Of a stretch of DNA of 34,502 nucleotides, positions 17,588 through 27,290 are shown in pieces. Source of the DNA: a virus (Duplodnaviria > Caudoviricetes); IMG/VR virus record IMGVR_UViG_3300006193_000026, positions 1 to 34,502 of that record; one strand, written 5' to 3'. The translations under genes were made by a program, and so were the position numbers. The notes beneath the pieces were generated by a model. It did no database searches and was not told where the DNA came from. It saw nothing but the letters and a program-made list of their open reading frames with translations. The number at the start of each line of letters is the position of its first letter. The first letter of the stretch is position 1.

Positions 17588-18130
17588 ATGGCTTTACAAA
17601 TTGGGATCAATTCATTTGTTACTGTAACAGAAGCAGAGGTTTATTTTTATGATAGACTGAATCAAGCTTCTTGGGATAGTGCTACAGATGAAATTGTTGA
17701 ACGAGCTTTAGTAACGGCCACAGGAATTCTCAATGACTTGGATTGGGGTGGTACGGCATTGCCTACTGCCCTTTATCCTCTATCATGGCCTAGGGATATT
17801 ACATATTGGGACACTAAGTCCGGTGCGTATGATACCATAGAAGATGATAGAAGCACAACAAGTTATGGAACTTTTCCTGATGATATCAAAAGAGCTACCT
17901 ATGAATTATCACTACATTTGATTAAAAATATGGGAACAATCGAGGATCAATCAACTGGTTCGCCAAAGTTGAAAGATTTAAAAGTTGGTTCTGTTTCTAT
18001 GGCTTTTGATCTAGGATCTGGTATAAGTAATTTTAAAGAATTACCTGACCAAATTCAAAGATTAATTGCTAAATATGAAAATCAAAATAGTATTGTAAAT
18101 AGGGGAGTTAATGTTAGTGGAGGTGCTTAA
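17588..18130 (+). CDS. Head-tail adaptor (DnaT-like family)
   Basis: NSFVTVTEAEVYF, ALVTAT, LSWPR and PDDIKRATYEL pattern; follows the MCP. Confidence 0.8.
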   Translation: MALQIGINSFVTVTEAEVYFYDRLNQASWDSATDEIVERALVTATGILNDLDWGGTALPTALYPLSWPRDITYWDTKSGAYDTIEDDRSTTSYGTFPDDIKRATYELSLHLIKNMGTIEDQSTGSPKLKDLKVGSVSMAFDLGSGISNFKELPDQIQRLIAKYENQNSIVNRGVNVSGGA

Positions 18131-18486
18131 TGAGTTACCAAAAACTAATCAAAAGTAATGTAAAAAATGCTTTCAATGTTATAGGTGATATAGCCGAAGA
18201 TATAGTATTTACAAATAAAAATGTAACTAACTATAATTTTGCTACACAAGCCATTACTAGTACTACTGATACATCTTTTACTGCTAAAGCGGTAATTGAA
18301 AGTCAATTTAGAACTAATGATGATACACCTAGAATAGAATGCAATTTATTATTAGATTCAGATTATATAGATTCAAGTAAAATTGATAATTACGATAGTA
18401 TTGTACTTAGAAATAAAACTTGGAAAATACTAAAATTTGAAGATAATAATTACATTATTAATTTAACTGTTGGAAGGGAATCTTAA
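18130..18486 (+). CDS. Head closure / stopper protein (probable)
   Basis: Position, size and a beta-rich C-terminus (DSIVLRNKTWKI). Confidence 0.65.
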   Translation: MSYQKLIKSNVKNAFNVIGDIAEDIVFTNKNVTNYNFATQAITSTTDTSFTAKAVIESQFRTNDDTPRIECNLLLDSDYIDSSKIDNYDSIVLRNKTWKILKFEDNNYIINLTVGRES

Positions 18487-18878
18487 TGTCTACAATATCA
18501 AATATATTGACAGCTGTTGAGGGTTTATTTGCTTCCACCGCTTGGACGTCTAATAACATCAAAGCATTTCCTGCGAATTATCAAGGGGAAATTAATGCTG
18601 ATGAATGGATACGGGTTTCTGTATTACCATTTTCTTCAGAATTAGCTTTTAAAGATGTAATAGCAAATGGACAAATTGTAATTCAAATATTCGTTGCAGC
18701 TGGATCTGGAATGAAAAGAGCATATCAAATTGCTGATTTGTTAAAAACATTATTAGACCAAGAAGTAATTTCCGGATATCTACAAACAACTAATAGCTTT
18801 ATAACAAATATTGGAGTTGACCCGAAAGATGCAGGTTTATATAACGTGGATTATACGGTTAATTTTCGATCAATATAA
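18486..18878 (+). CDS. Tail terminator protein (probable)
   Basis: WIRVSV, GQIVIQIFVAAGSG and IAD pattern; precedes the tail tube gene. Confidence 0.7.
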   Translation: MSTISNILTAVEGLFASTAWTSNNIKAFPANYQGEINADEWIRVSVLPFSSELAFKDVIANGQIVIQIFVAAGSGMKRAYQIADLLKTLLDQEVISGYLQTTNSFITNIGVDPKDAGLYNVDYTVNFRSI

Positions 18879-18910
18879 CAACTAAGAAATAATATAAGGA
18901 ACAAAAATAA

Positions 18911-19408
18911 ATGTCTCTCATTTCAAACATAGGTGCTGGTATTTTTACTAGACTAGAATACAAAGCTGATAGTAGTTACACACTGCCCACTTCAGATGCA
19001 ACACACCAAGCTTTTATAGCTGGTGGTGGTGATTTTGCAGGTGCGGTAGAAGTTACTAATATCAGAGAGTTTCCATCATTTGGTAAACCCGCTAACATTG
19101 TTAACGTGCCAAGTTTTGGACAATCTGTAAGTTCACAGATTCAAGGACAAGCTGACGCTCCAACATTGGAGTTCAGTTTGAATTATGTACCAAGTGTACA
19201 TAAAGTAATTCAAGATCTTGTTCAAGATGGACTTGTTTATGTATTTCAGTTAGATGTTAAAAATTCATCTACTGGTGAAAATGCTGCATTTTACGTAAAA
19301 GGCTCAATAGCTTCTTTTGAAGTATCTGCAAATTTGACTGATTCAAATCAGGCAACTTTGACTTTAAGTACTTCAACTGACTATACTGGTCCGTTTACTG
19401 ACGCATAA
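18911..19408 (+). CDS. Major tail (tube) protein
   Basis: IREFPSFG, IQGQADAPTLEFSLNYVP; siphovirus tube-like; followed by a terminator. Confidence 0.85.
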   Translation: MSLISNIGAGIFTRLEYKADSSYTLPTSDATHQAFIAGGGDFAGAVEVTNIREFPSFGKPANIVNVPSFGQSVSSQIQGQADAPTLEFSLNYVPSVHKVIQDLVQDGLVYVFQLDVKNSSTGENAAFYVKGSIASFEVSANLTDSNQATLTLSTSTDYTGPFTDA

Positions 19409-19420
19409 TAAAATATTTTT

Positions 19421-19444
19421 AGGCTGGGCTTTATTGCCCAGCTT
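19421..19444 (+). terminator. Hairpin after tail tube gene
   Basis: AGGCTGGGC-TTTATT-GCCCAGCTT. Confidence 0.7.
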
Positions 19445-19469
19445 AATTCAATTAGTATAGGATAAACTC

Positions 19470-19781
19470 ATGGATAATAAACCATTTAATAAATACTATG
19501 TGCTAAGAATAACTTCTTTGCATATAAAGAAGTCTGTAGATACATCAATAAGAAAAACTTATGACAGATTAAAAGATGTAGATAATAAAATAGAAGTCTT
19601 TGAAACATTAGATGTTTTACACAAAATAAGAAAAATGATGGAAGACTTTGAATCGCATAATAAACATTTATATATAAAACCCTTACAGGAGATAAAAGAT
19701 GAAACACATAAAGATAGTGGAGATAACAAAGAAAATACCATTTCTGGAACAGGAAGTGGAGATAAAACAACTAACAGTTAA
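19470..19781 (+). CDS. Hypothetical protein (103 aa)
   Basis: AGGA SD; overlaps the tail chaperone gene by 83 nt. Confidence 0.65.
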   Translation: MDNKPFNKYYVLRITSLHIKKSVDTSIRKTYDRLKDVDNKIEVFETLDVLHKIRKMMEDFESHNKHLYIKPLQEIKDETHKDSGDNKENTISGTGSGDKTTNS

Positions 19782-20016
19782 AGGTATTAAGGATCTACAA
19801 AAAGCGTTAGATACTAGTAAAACCGATGATGTTACAGGTGTAAAAACCTTAAGTGCTATATTTAAATGTACTGTTGTAGATGCTCAAGATATGACTGAAA
19901 AGGATTTTGAAAAGTTTCCTATTCAAGCATTAACTAAATTATCAGCAGATATTATGCAATATAATGGGTTAGGTGCCACAGACGAAAAAGGTGGTGACTT
20001 GGGGAAGAAGATTTAG
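19699..20016 (+). CDS. Tail assembly chaperone (lambda G-like)
   Basis: EVEIKQLTV motif; AGGAG SD; lies between tube and tape measure; ends DLGKKI. Confidence 0.8.
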   Translation: MKHIKIVEITKKIPFLEQEVEIKQLTVKGIKDLQKALDTSKTDDVTGVKTLSAIFKCTVVDAQDMTEKDFEKFPIQALTKLSADIMQYNGLGATDEKGGDLGKKI

Positions 20017-20333
20017 CAGACTATGAATTGGCTTTTCAATTAGGTGTTACATTAGATTATATTTATAATATGTCCAGCAAAGAATATATGGGTTGGATAA
20101 AATATTTTGATAAAAGACCATATGGTTGGAGAGATGATCACAGAGCTGCTATATTAGCACAAACTACTTATCAAGGTACTAAACCACTTAAAGTAAATGA
20201 TTTATTTCCTTCAATAAGAATAATGGCTAATACTAATATAAAAAAGGATATAAAATTAGAAACTGGTTTTAATGAATTAAAAAGCATAGCTAGAAAAAAT
20301 AATATATCTTTTATGGAAAATAAAAAATCTTAG
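19998..20333 (+). CDS. Tail assembly chaperone extension (lambda T-like), probably made by -1 frameshift
   Basis: The -1 frame is open from 19998 (LGEEDLADYELAFQLG...MSSKEYMGWIKYF...RDDHRAA) and overlaps the end of the chaperone; no good start of its own. Confidence 0.7.
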   Translation, partial: LGEEDLADYELAFQLGVTLDYIYNMSSKEYMGWIKYFDKRPYGWRDDHRAAILAQTTYQGTKPLKVNDLFPSIRIMANTNIKKDIKLETGFNELKSIARKNNISFMENKKS

Positions 20334-20341
20334 AAAATGAT

Positions 20342-20366
20342 AGTTGGGCGGTATAAACTGCCCACT
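20342..20366 (+). terminator. Hairpin (terminator or processing site)
   Basis: TGGGCGGT-ATAA-ACTGCCCA stem; weak U tract. Confidence 0.5.
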
Positions 20367-20381
20367 TGAAAAGGAGAACTT

Positions 20382-20543
20382 ATGCGGGATAACAAAATTT
20401 TAGAGTCCTTTAATAAAAAATTAAAAAAGAATTTAAAAGAAAAAGAATTATTTAAAAACCTTAAAAAAGAAGTAAACACTGGTGCTAATGGTACACAGGG
20501 TTATAGAATTAAAAAAGGTATAAACAAAGGCAAAGTAATATAA
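20382..20543 (+). CDS. Small basic protein (53 aa)
   Basis: Not in the ORF track. AAGGAG SD; MRDNKILESFNKK...GANGTQGYRIKKGINKGKVI; TAATG overlap with the next gene. Confidence 0.7.
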   Translation: MRDNKILESFNKKLKKNLKEKELFKNLKKEVNTGANGTQGYRIKKGINKGKVI

Positions 20544-20914
20544 TGGGAATTACAACTATTGGTTTGTCAACTGCTTCAATGGATTTAGAAAAAGATATTA
20601 ATAAAACTATTGAACAAGAATTTAGATCAAGAGCATTAAAAGCTTTTGCTGACGTAAAATTAACAACTCCAGTCGATAGTGGACAAGCTAGAAATAGCTG
20701 GTATATTGGCTACACTGAAACTTACTTAAATCAAACTGCAACATCAAATATAAATATATTGGTTCCTAAAGATAAACCTAATAAAATTATTGTTACAAAT
20801 GGTACTACTTATATAGAATTTCTTAATAATGGACATTCTCAACAAGCTCCTACTAAATTTATAGAGGCTGCTTTTAGGAAATATTTTGATGAAGTAACTG
20901 TTGAAGTAACTTAA
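20543..20914 (+). CDS. HK97 gp10-like neck / tail completion protein
   Basis: TPVDSGQARNSW, YIEFLNNGHSQQAP motifs. Confidence 0.85.
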   Translation: MGITTIGLSTASMDLEKDINKTIEQEFRSRALKAFADVKLTTPVDSGQARNSWYIGYTETYLNQTATSNINILVPKDKPNKIIVTNGTTYIEFLNNGHSQQAPTKFIEAAFRKYFDEVTVEVT

Positions 20915-20927
20915 CGGATAAAGGAAT

Positions 20928-23054
20928 ATGGCTGTAAAATTAAATATAATTGCGGATGTAAAGGGACAAGGCCAAGTAAAAAATTTACAATCTAATATAA
21001 ATAAATTAGGTACAAATGCTGCTATAGCATCTAAAAGAATGAAGCAACTAGAAATGGCTGCTGCAAGATCAAGAGGTACTTTTGCTGCACTAGGACAAAC
21101 ATTAAAAACAGGTGTTGTTGTTGGGTTAGCTGCTGTTACTTTTGGTATTGGTAAATTTGTTAAAGATACATTTGCTGCCGGTAAACTTACTGAATCACTT
21201 CAAGTTAGATTTAAACTATTATTTAATTCAGCTTCAGAGGGTGCAAAAGCATTTGCTGAGTTAAATACATTTGCTGGAAAGGTTCCTTTCTCACTAGAAG
21301 CTATTGCTGCTGCATCTGGTAACTTAGCCGTTATTTCTAAAGATGCAAATGAATTAGCTAAAGTATTAGCATTAACAGGTAACGTTGCTGCAGCTACAGG
21401 TTTAGATTTTAGACAAACTGCTGAACAAATTCAAAGAGCATTTGCTGGTGGTATAGCTGCCGCTGATGTATTCAGAGAAAGAGGTGTTAGAGCAATGTTA
21501 GGTTTTGAAGCTGGTGTAACCGTATCAGTTGAAGAAACTAGAAAAAGATTTTTTGAAGTATTTGGTAATGGTGGACAATTTTCTACAGCCACTAAAGAAT
21601 TTGAACAAACTTTAGAAGCACAGGTTTCATTTGTTGAAGATGCTTATTTCAGATTTAGACAAGCAGCTGCAAAACCTTTATTTGCTGGTGTAAAGAAACA
21701 AGTAATGGATTTAGTAGGTAACTTTAAACAAAATGATGCTGCATTAAAACAATTAGCAAATACTGTTGGTAATAAAATGGCAGCAGCGTTTCAAAGTATT
21801 CAAGATACAATTGTTTTTGTAGCTAAAAATATTACCCTTTTAACTGATGCATTTAAAATATTTATTGGATTAAAAATTGCTACATTTGTTGCAGGTATTG
21901 TTGCACAATTTATTTTATTAGCAGGAGCAATTAGGGGTGCTACATTTACTTTAGCTGCTTTAAATCTTGCCTTAAGAGCTAATATAGTTGGTATTGTTAT
22001 TACTGCGGTACAATTAGCAGTTGTAGCATTTATTGCATTTAATGATGAAGTAATGGCTCTTGTAAATACAGTTAAAAATTTTTTAATAGTTACATTAAAG
22101 AAAGCTGAATTAGCTACACTTAGTTTTATTTCTAAACTAACAATATTTCCAGAAACTTCTAAAACAGCTGCAGAAGCTGCAATGAAATTAAGACAAGAAC
22201 TTGAATTAATAAGATTAAACGCTAATGAAGTTGTTGATTCATTTGCAAAATTAACTGTAAAACAAAAAGAACTTTTTAGTGGTACTAGAAGAAGACCTAG
22301 AGCCGAAAGAGATCAATCTTCTAGACCAAATTCTGATGCAGCCGCTATAGCAGCAAAAGCATTAAAAGTAAGACAAGCAGAATTAGCTTCTATAAATGAA
22401 CGGATTATGTTCACAAATAAAAGAATGATTATTGATCAAGCTAAAGCTAATGGTTTATTACTAGATTATAGACAACTTTTAGAAAGAGCTGGTATTGAAG
22501 CAACATTAATATCTAATACAATAAGTACATCTTGGATAGAAGGATTAAGAGCAGGTAATTCATTATTAGAAGTTACTAAAAGTATGTTTAGAAATTTATT
22601 ACAAACTATAACTGAAACTATTTTTAAAAAAGGTGTTGAGTTAGCAGTTGAAAAATTATTTCAAATATTTGCTCAAAAAAAAGTTGGTTTAGAAAAACAA
22701 GTTACTCAAGAAAAACAAAAACAATTAGCATTACAAATAGCTATTATGGCTGCCGGTGGTGGTGGTGGTGGTTTTAAATTCTTTGGAATGTCTAAAGGTG
22801 GAGTTGTACCAGGTGGTGCACCTTATACTGATCGGGTTCCAACAATGTTAACACCAGGTGAAGTTGTTATACCAAGGGGTGGTAATGGTAGTGGATCATC
22901 AGTAAGTAATACTACAATAAATATAAGTGGTAATGTTGATCAAAGAGCAATAGACCAAATTAGAAATGTTATATCATCAAGTCCAACTCATGTAGGTGGA
23001 GCTAATAAAAATTTTACTAGAGATACTGCTGGTATAAGAAATAGAGGAAGATAA
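20928..23054 (+). CDS. Tape measure protein (708 aa)
   Basis: Ala-rich helical protein with FAGKVPFSL tape-measure domain, a hydrophobic middle, and C-terminal GGVVPG...DRVPTMLTPGEVVIP. Confidence 0.92.
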   Translation: MAVKLNIIADVKGQGQVKNLQSNINKLGTNAAIASKRMKQLEMAAARSRGTFAALGQTLKTGVVVGLAAVTFGIGKFVKDTFAAGKLTESLQVRFKLLFNSASEGAKAFAELNTFAGKVPFSLEAIAAASGNLAVISKDANELAKVLALTGNVAAATGLDFRQTAEQIQRAFAGGIAAADVFRERGVRAMLGFEAGVTVSVEETRKRFFEVFGNGGQFSTATKEFEQTLEAQVSFVEDAYFRFRQAAAKPLFAGVKKQVMDLVGNFKQNDAALKQLANTVGNKMAAAFQSIQDTIVFVAKNITLLTDAFKIFIGLKIATFVAGIVAQFILLAGAIRGATFTLAALNLALRANIVGIVITAVQLAVVAFIAFNDEVMALVNTVKNFLIVTLKKAELATLSFISKLTIFPETSKTAAEAAMKLRQELELIRLNANEVVDSFAKLTVKQKELFSGTRRRPRAERDQSSRPNSDAAAIAAKALKVRQAELASINERIMFTNKRMIIDQAKANGLLLDYRQLLERAGIEATLISNTISTSWIEGLRAGNSLLEVTKSMFRNLLQTITETIFKKGVELAVEKLFQIFAQKKVGLEKQVTQEKQKQLALQIAIMAAGGGGGGFKFFGMSKGGVVPGGAPYTDRVPTMLTPGEVVIPRGGNGSGSSVSNTTINISGNVDQRAIDQIRNVISSSPTHVGGANKNFTRDTAGIRNRGR

Positions 23055-23671
23055 TGTCAAAAATATTTGAATATACTAATAATATATCGTTAAATAGATC
23101 TGCCAGAATCAGAAGATCTATATCTAATTCAGGTTATGCTAGACAAGAAAGAGGTAGTCCAACATTTTATTCTATGCAAGTAGATTTACCATTATTAACT
23201 AAGGTACAATATGATGAAGTTGAATCTGAATTATTAGGTTTAATAGATGGTATTGATTTTAAAACTACTAGTATACCATCAACAATTAATTTAACTTTTG
23301 CTAATGGAACTATAGCTGCACAAGCTGGTTTAACAATTACAGTTGTTAATGCAAATACAAGTGGGGTTAATGTACAATTAGCTAATGTAACTACATCAAG
23401 TTTTGTTAAAGCTGGTGATTTTATACAGTTTAGTTCAGGTACAAAAGTATATCAAATTAAAGAAAATGCTAATGCAACAGCTGGTAATGTATTAACTTTT
23501 AAATTAATGACTGGTGCAATTAATCCTATTGTTAGTGGTAATACTTTTATTTATGGTAATGGTGTACAATTTAAAATGTTATTAAATGGAAGACCAAGTA
23601 TATCAGTTATACCTGGTCCAGGTTATAATTATTATTCTTATGATAGTTTTAATTTTCAGGAGATATTATAA
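23054..23671 (+). CDS. Distal tail protein (probable)
   Basis: Directly after TMP; KAGDFIQF insert; ends FQEIL. Confidence 0.65.
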   Translation: MSKIFEYTNNISLNRSARIRRSISNSGYARQERGSPTFYSMQVDLPLLTKVQYDEVESELLGLIDGIDFKTTSIPSTINLTFANGTIAAQAGLTITVVNANTSGVNVQLANVTTSSFVKAGDFIQFSSGTKVYQIKENANATAGNVLTFKLMTGAINPIVSGNTFIYGNGVQFKMLLNGRPSISVIPGPGYNYYSYDSFNFQEIL

Positions 23672-24255
23672 TGAGAACAATTGATGCCGTAACACTGGCT
23701 GAAGTACAAAGCACTAAAACTTATCCTATTCAATTAATTAAATTTCAAGTTACCTCAAATAATGCTGATAGTTTATTTTTAAATACAGGTTACACAAGTA
23801 TTACATATAATAGTGATACATATATACCTGGTTCAAATGTAGTAAGCTTATCTGCTGTTGATGAAACTAGGGATGTAAAAACTAATGCAATAACTATAAA
23901 ATTAAATGGTATACCTAATACAATTATAGCTGCTTTAGAAAATGTAAATGCTATTGGTGGAATAGTTACAATATTTCAAGCTTTTTGGAATGAAGAAACT
24001 GGTCAAATACAAGGTCAAGTTTATCAAAAATGGCAAGGTATAATTAATTCACATGCAGTTGATGAGGAAAATAGTGAAACTGGTGATGTAAATATAAGTG
24101 TAGAATGTAAAAATATAGTAGGTGCAATATTAAATACTAAATCAGGTAGGTTTACATCTGATAGTTCATTTAATGAATATACAACTAATGATAAATCTAT
24201 GGAATTTGTTGCCGCAATGGTTGATTTTAATCCAAGATTTGGTGCAGAAGATTAA
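23671..24255 (+). CDS. Minor tail / baseplate hub protein (lambda L-like position)
   Basis: Position; ITYNSDTY, ITIKLNG and DKSMEFV pattern. Confidence 0.65.
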   Translation: MRTIDAVTLAEVQSTKTYPIQLIKFQVTSNNADSLFLNTGYTSITYNSDTYIPGSNVVSLSAVDETRDVKTNAITIKLNGIPNTIIAALENVNAIGGIVTIFQAFWNEETGQIQGQVYQKWQGIINSHAVDEENSETGDVNISVECKNIVGAILNTKSGRFTSDSSFNEYTTNDKSMEFVAAMVDFNPRFGAED

Positions 24256-24276
24256 TAAGAAGGAGAATAAAATATA

Positions 24277-24714
24277 ATGATAAGAATTGGAGAATACAAA
24301 GACGTTGAACAAGGTGTAAAATTACTTGAACAACACAGAATGGAATTTGATTTTGGTCAATTTAAAGAAGACAATACAGAGTATTATACAGGTTTAATGG
24401 AAGCAATAGCTAAAGATAAAACTGCAGTAATATCAGAAAATGAAAATGGTATAATTGATGGTGTATTATTAGGAATGAAAATACCTAATTTATTAAATCC
24501 ACAATTATGTCAATTACATATTTTATTAACTTGGGTTCACCCTAATAAAAGGGGATCCTCTGTATTTTATAGGATGAATAAAATGTTAGAAAAAGAAATT
24601 AAAAATCATAAAGAAGTTAAGGATATAATTTTTTATTCTATTCCAGAAACTAATATTAATTTTAATAAGTTGAATTATAAAGAATTTCAATTAATGTACA
24701 AAAAGGAAATTTAA
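24277..24714 (+). CDS. GNAT-fold protein within the tail module
   Basis: MIRIG N-terminus and TWVHPNKRGSSV, resembling GNAT motif A. Confidence 0.6.
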   Translation: MIRIGEYKDVEQGVKLLEQHRMEFDFGQFKEDNTEYYTGLMEAIAKDKTAVISENENGIIDGVLLGMKIPNLLNPQLCQLHILLTWVHPNKRGSSVFYRMNKMLEKEIKNHKEVKDIIFYSIPETNINFNKLNYKEFQLMYKKEI

Positions 24715-24716
24715 CT

Positions 24717-27290
24717 ATGGCAGCAGCCGCACCTATTATTGCAGCAGTAATGGCACCAACCATACAGGGAATGGTACTTCGATTTGCATTGTCAGTAGCA
24801 GTTTCATATATTACAAATAAATTATTTGCTCCAGATGTACCTGCCGGTCCAGGTGCAGCAGATCCAGCTCCAGATCCAGGAGTTAGACAAAGAATAGCTT
24901 CTAATCCTAATAATAAATTACCTGTTCTTTATGGACAAAATAAAATATTTGGTTCAATTACATTTGCTGATATTACATCTGATAATCAAACAATGGCGTT
25001 TATTGTTAGTTTATGTGAAGGACCTATTCAAACTATTGGTCAAGTATGGTGGGACAATTTTAAATTAACTTTAGATAGTAATGGTAATGTAACAAATGCA
25101 ACTGATGGTGAAGGAAATACTGATGATTTTTTAAATGGAAATTTAACAGTTAAAAAATTTAAAGCTGGTGGTAGATGTTCTCCTATGGAATCATTTTCTA
25201 CTAAATGGAATACAAATGCAGTAAATAGAACAATGCCCAATGTTGCATATTTATATGTAGAATTAAAATATAATAGAGATGAATCTGTAACTGGTTTAAC
25301 ACCTAAATTAGGTGCAGAAGTTGAAGGTAAATTAATTAGAACATTTAGTGGATCTACTTTATCTAGTGGTACTTCATATTCAAATAATCCATCTGAATGT
25401 TTATTAGATTATTTAACTAATACTGTTTATGGTTGTGGTGATGTAATTTCTGATACTGATGTTGATTTAACAAAATTTGCTTCTCATAAAACATTTTGTG
25501 ATACTTTAATTACACATACAGATAAAGATGGAAATTCAACAACAGCTAAAAGATATAAAACAAATGGAGCTATAAATACATTTGATGAAAGAGATTTAAG
25601 TATTTCTGATTTAGTTAATTGTTCGCAAGGTATATTTTCTTATCATTTAGGTAAATTTCAAGTTATTTCTGATACTATAGGATCATCCGTAATGTCATTT
25701 AATGCTGATAATATGTATGGTGATTTTACAGTAGTTAATGATGGTTTTAATAGTTCATTAAATAAAATGAATATTTCATTTTCTTCTTATGATGAAAAAT
25801 ATCAAGATGATCAAGTATTTTTAAATTTAGCTGCTAATCAAAAATCATTTAATGAACCAGAATTAGTTCAAGATACAAGATTTAAATTTATAAATAATAA
25901 TATTATGGCTCAAAGAGTTGGTAATGTTATTATTAAAAGATCAAGAGATAATTTAATTGTTTCATTTAAAACAGACACAAAGGCTTTAGCATTACAAGTT
26001 ACAGATATAATAGCAGTTTCAAATAATACTTATGGTATTACAAATAAATTATTTAAAATTAATTCTATTACTGAAACAGATATGGGTAATGAAGGTATTG
26101 CAGGTTATTTAATTACAGCTCAAGAATATAATGCTGATGCATATACAGAAGAAGCATTAACAGAATTTCAATTAGCTCCAAATACAAATTTACCTAATCC
26201 TAGAAATTTTGGAGCAATTACTAACTTAACAACAATTAGTAATAATACAGATTCTTCTACTCCATTTGTAGAATTACAATGGACTGTACCTACTGGATTA
26301 ACAGAAACATTTGAAATATATGTTGGAGATAATATTAATAATACTGTTGCTCAAAGATTGTTTAATATTTCATTTAGAACATCTACAGGTCCATTTGCTG
26401 AAAATACAATAGTTAAACATAAAGTATTTGATTTAGATTTTACAGATACGTTAGTATTTTGGGTAAGACCTATTAACCAATTTGCTAGAGGTGGTTTTTC
26501 TAATGCTTATGACTTTGGTGTATTTAGACCAGGGGCTGGTGGTATTACTTCTGGTGTTTCTGGAATTATTGTTGATCCTAATGATTTAAAAAATCCTTAT
26601 GGTGTTGTAAATAGATTTACTCAACTTAAATATGGAGATAGCACTACTGGTTTAAATATAAGAGATGGTTTTACTGATATTGATTCTGTTCAACAAATAG
26701 GTTATGCTGGTTCAGCAATTAATACAATTACTAGAACTGGTGGAACTGATGGCTCAGGGTCTATAACATTTCCTACAAATTTTAATGCTGGTGTAGCAAC
26801 AACGGAAGAACAAGAATTAAGTTTTACAGGAACAAGAGGTAATATAACACAAAAAGAATTATTACATATTAATTTAGCTGATGATATAAAAAATGATACA
26901 GTTAGAAAAACAATATCAAATATTGCAATTTGGGGATCAACTGGTTTTTTAACTGTAAATTCATCAAGTAATAGTGTTAAGGTTAATGATATTATAGAAT
27001 TAGCTTCATTAGTAGTTGCTGGAGTATCTTCTGGTTTTGGAAGATCAGTATGTATAGGTACTTTTTATGCATATGTAATGTCTGATACTGAATTATTTTC
27101 ATTTAAATTAGCTTTAGGTACTTGGACATTTTTTGCTAGAACAAATTCAGGTGGAGTTCAAAATTATAATGTTTCTGATATGGGAGATGATGTATTGCTT
27201 TATAACTCATCTACTAATGAAGGACAAATATGGAATGCCTTTTTAATACCATTAACATTTGGTGCTACAGGTGGAGGTCAATTTAACTAA
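24717..27290 (+). CDS. Tail tip / central fibre protein (lambda J-like), ends [11 protein letters not shown]
   Basis: LPVLYG, LCEGPI, NNPSECLLDYLTN..YG and LQVTDII motifs; FnIII-like LQWTVP...FWVRPIN. Confidence 0.88.
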   Translation: MAAAAPIIAAVMAPTIQGMVLRFALSVAVSYITNKLFAPDVPAGPGAADPAPDPGVRQRIASNPNNKLPVLYGQNKIFGSITFADITSDNQTMAFIVSLCEGPIQTIGQVWWDNFKLTLDSNGNVTNATDGEGNTDDFLNGNLTVKKFKAGGRCSPMESFSTKWNTNAVNRTMPNVAYLYVELKYNRDESVTGLTPKLGAEVEGKLIRTFSGSTLSSGTSYSNNPSECLLDYLTNTVYGCGDVISDTDVDLTKFASHKTFCDTLITHTDKDGNSTTAKRYKTNGAINTFDERDLSISDLVNCSQGIFSYHLGKFQVISDTIGSSVMSFNADNMYGDFTVVNDGFNSSLNKMNISFSSYDEKYQDDQVFLNLAANQKSFNEPELVQDTRFKFINNNIMAQRVGNVIIKRSRDNLIVSFKTDTKALALQVTDIIAVSNNTYGITNKLFKINSITETDMGNEGIAGYLITAQEYNADAYTEEALTEFQLAPNTNLPNPRNFGAITNLTTISNNTDSSTPFVELQWTVPTGLTETFEIYVGDNINNTVAQRLFNISFRTSTGPFAENTIVKHKVFDLDFTDTLVFWVRPINQFARGGFSNAYDFGVFRPGAGGITSGVSGIIVDPNDLKNPYGVVNRFTQLKYGDSTTGLNIRDGFTDIDSVQQIGYAGSAINTITRTGGTDGSGSITFPTNFNAGVATTEEQELSFTGTRGNITQKELLHINLADDIKNDTVRKTISNIAIWGSTGFLTVNSSSNSVKVNDIIELASLVVAGVSSGFGRSVCIGTFYAYVMSDTELFSFKLALGTWTFFARTNSGGVQNYNVSDMGDDVLLYNSSTNEGQIWNAFLIPLTFGATGGGQFN

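Noticed and set aside
19669-19690. CCTTACAGGA (and CCTACAGGAG near 30018) as further phage promoter copies
   Set aside because: Only the last 8 or fewer bases match, and they overlap an AGGAG SD.
22755-22772. (GGT)6 run in the tape measure gene
   Set aside because: An ordinary in-frame poly-Gly linker.
27261-27290. The tag as merely a by-product of a Shine-Dalgarno sequence
   Set aside because: An SD explains only GGAGG. Copy 2 lacks GGAGG and its downstream gene has its own SD, yet the peptide is kept.
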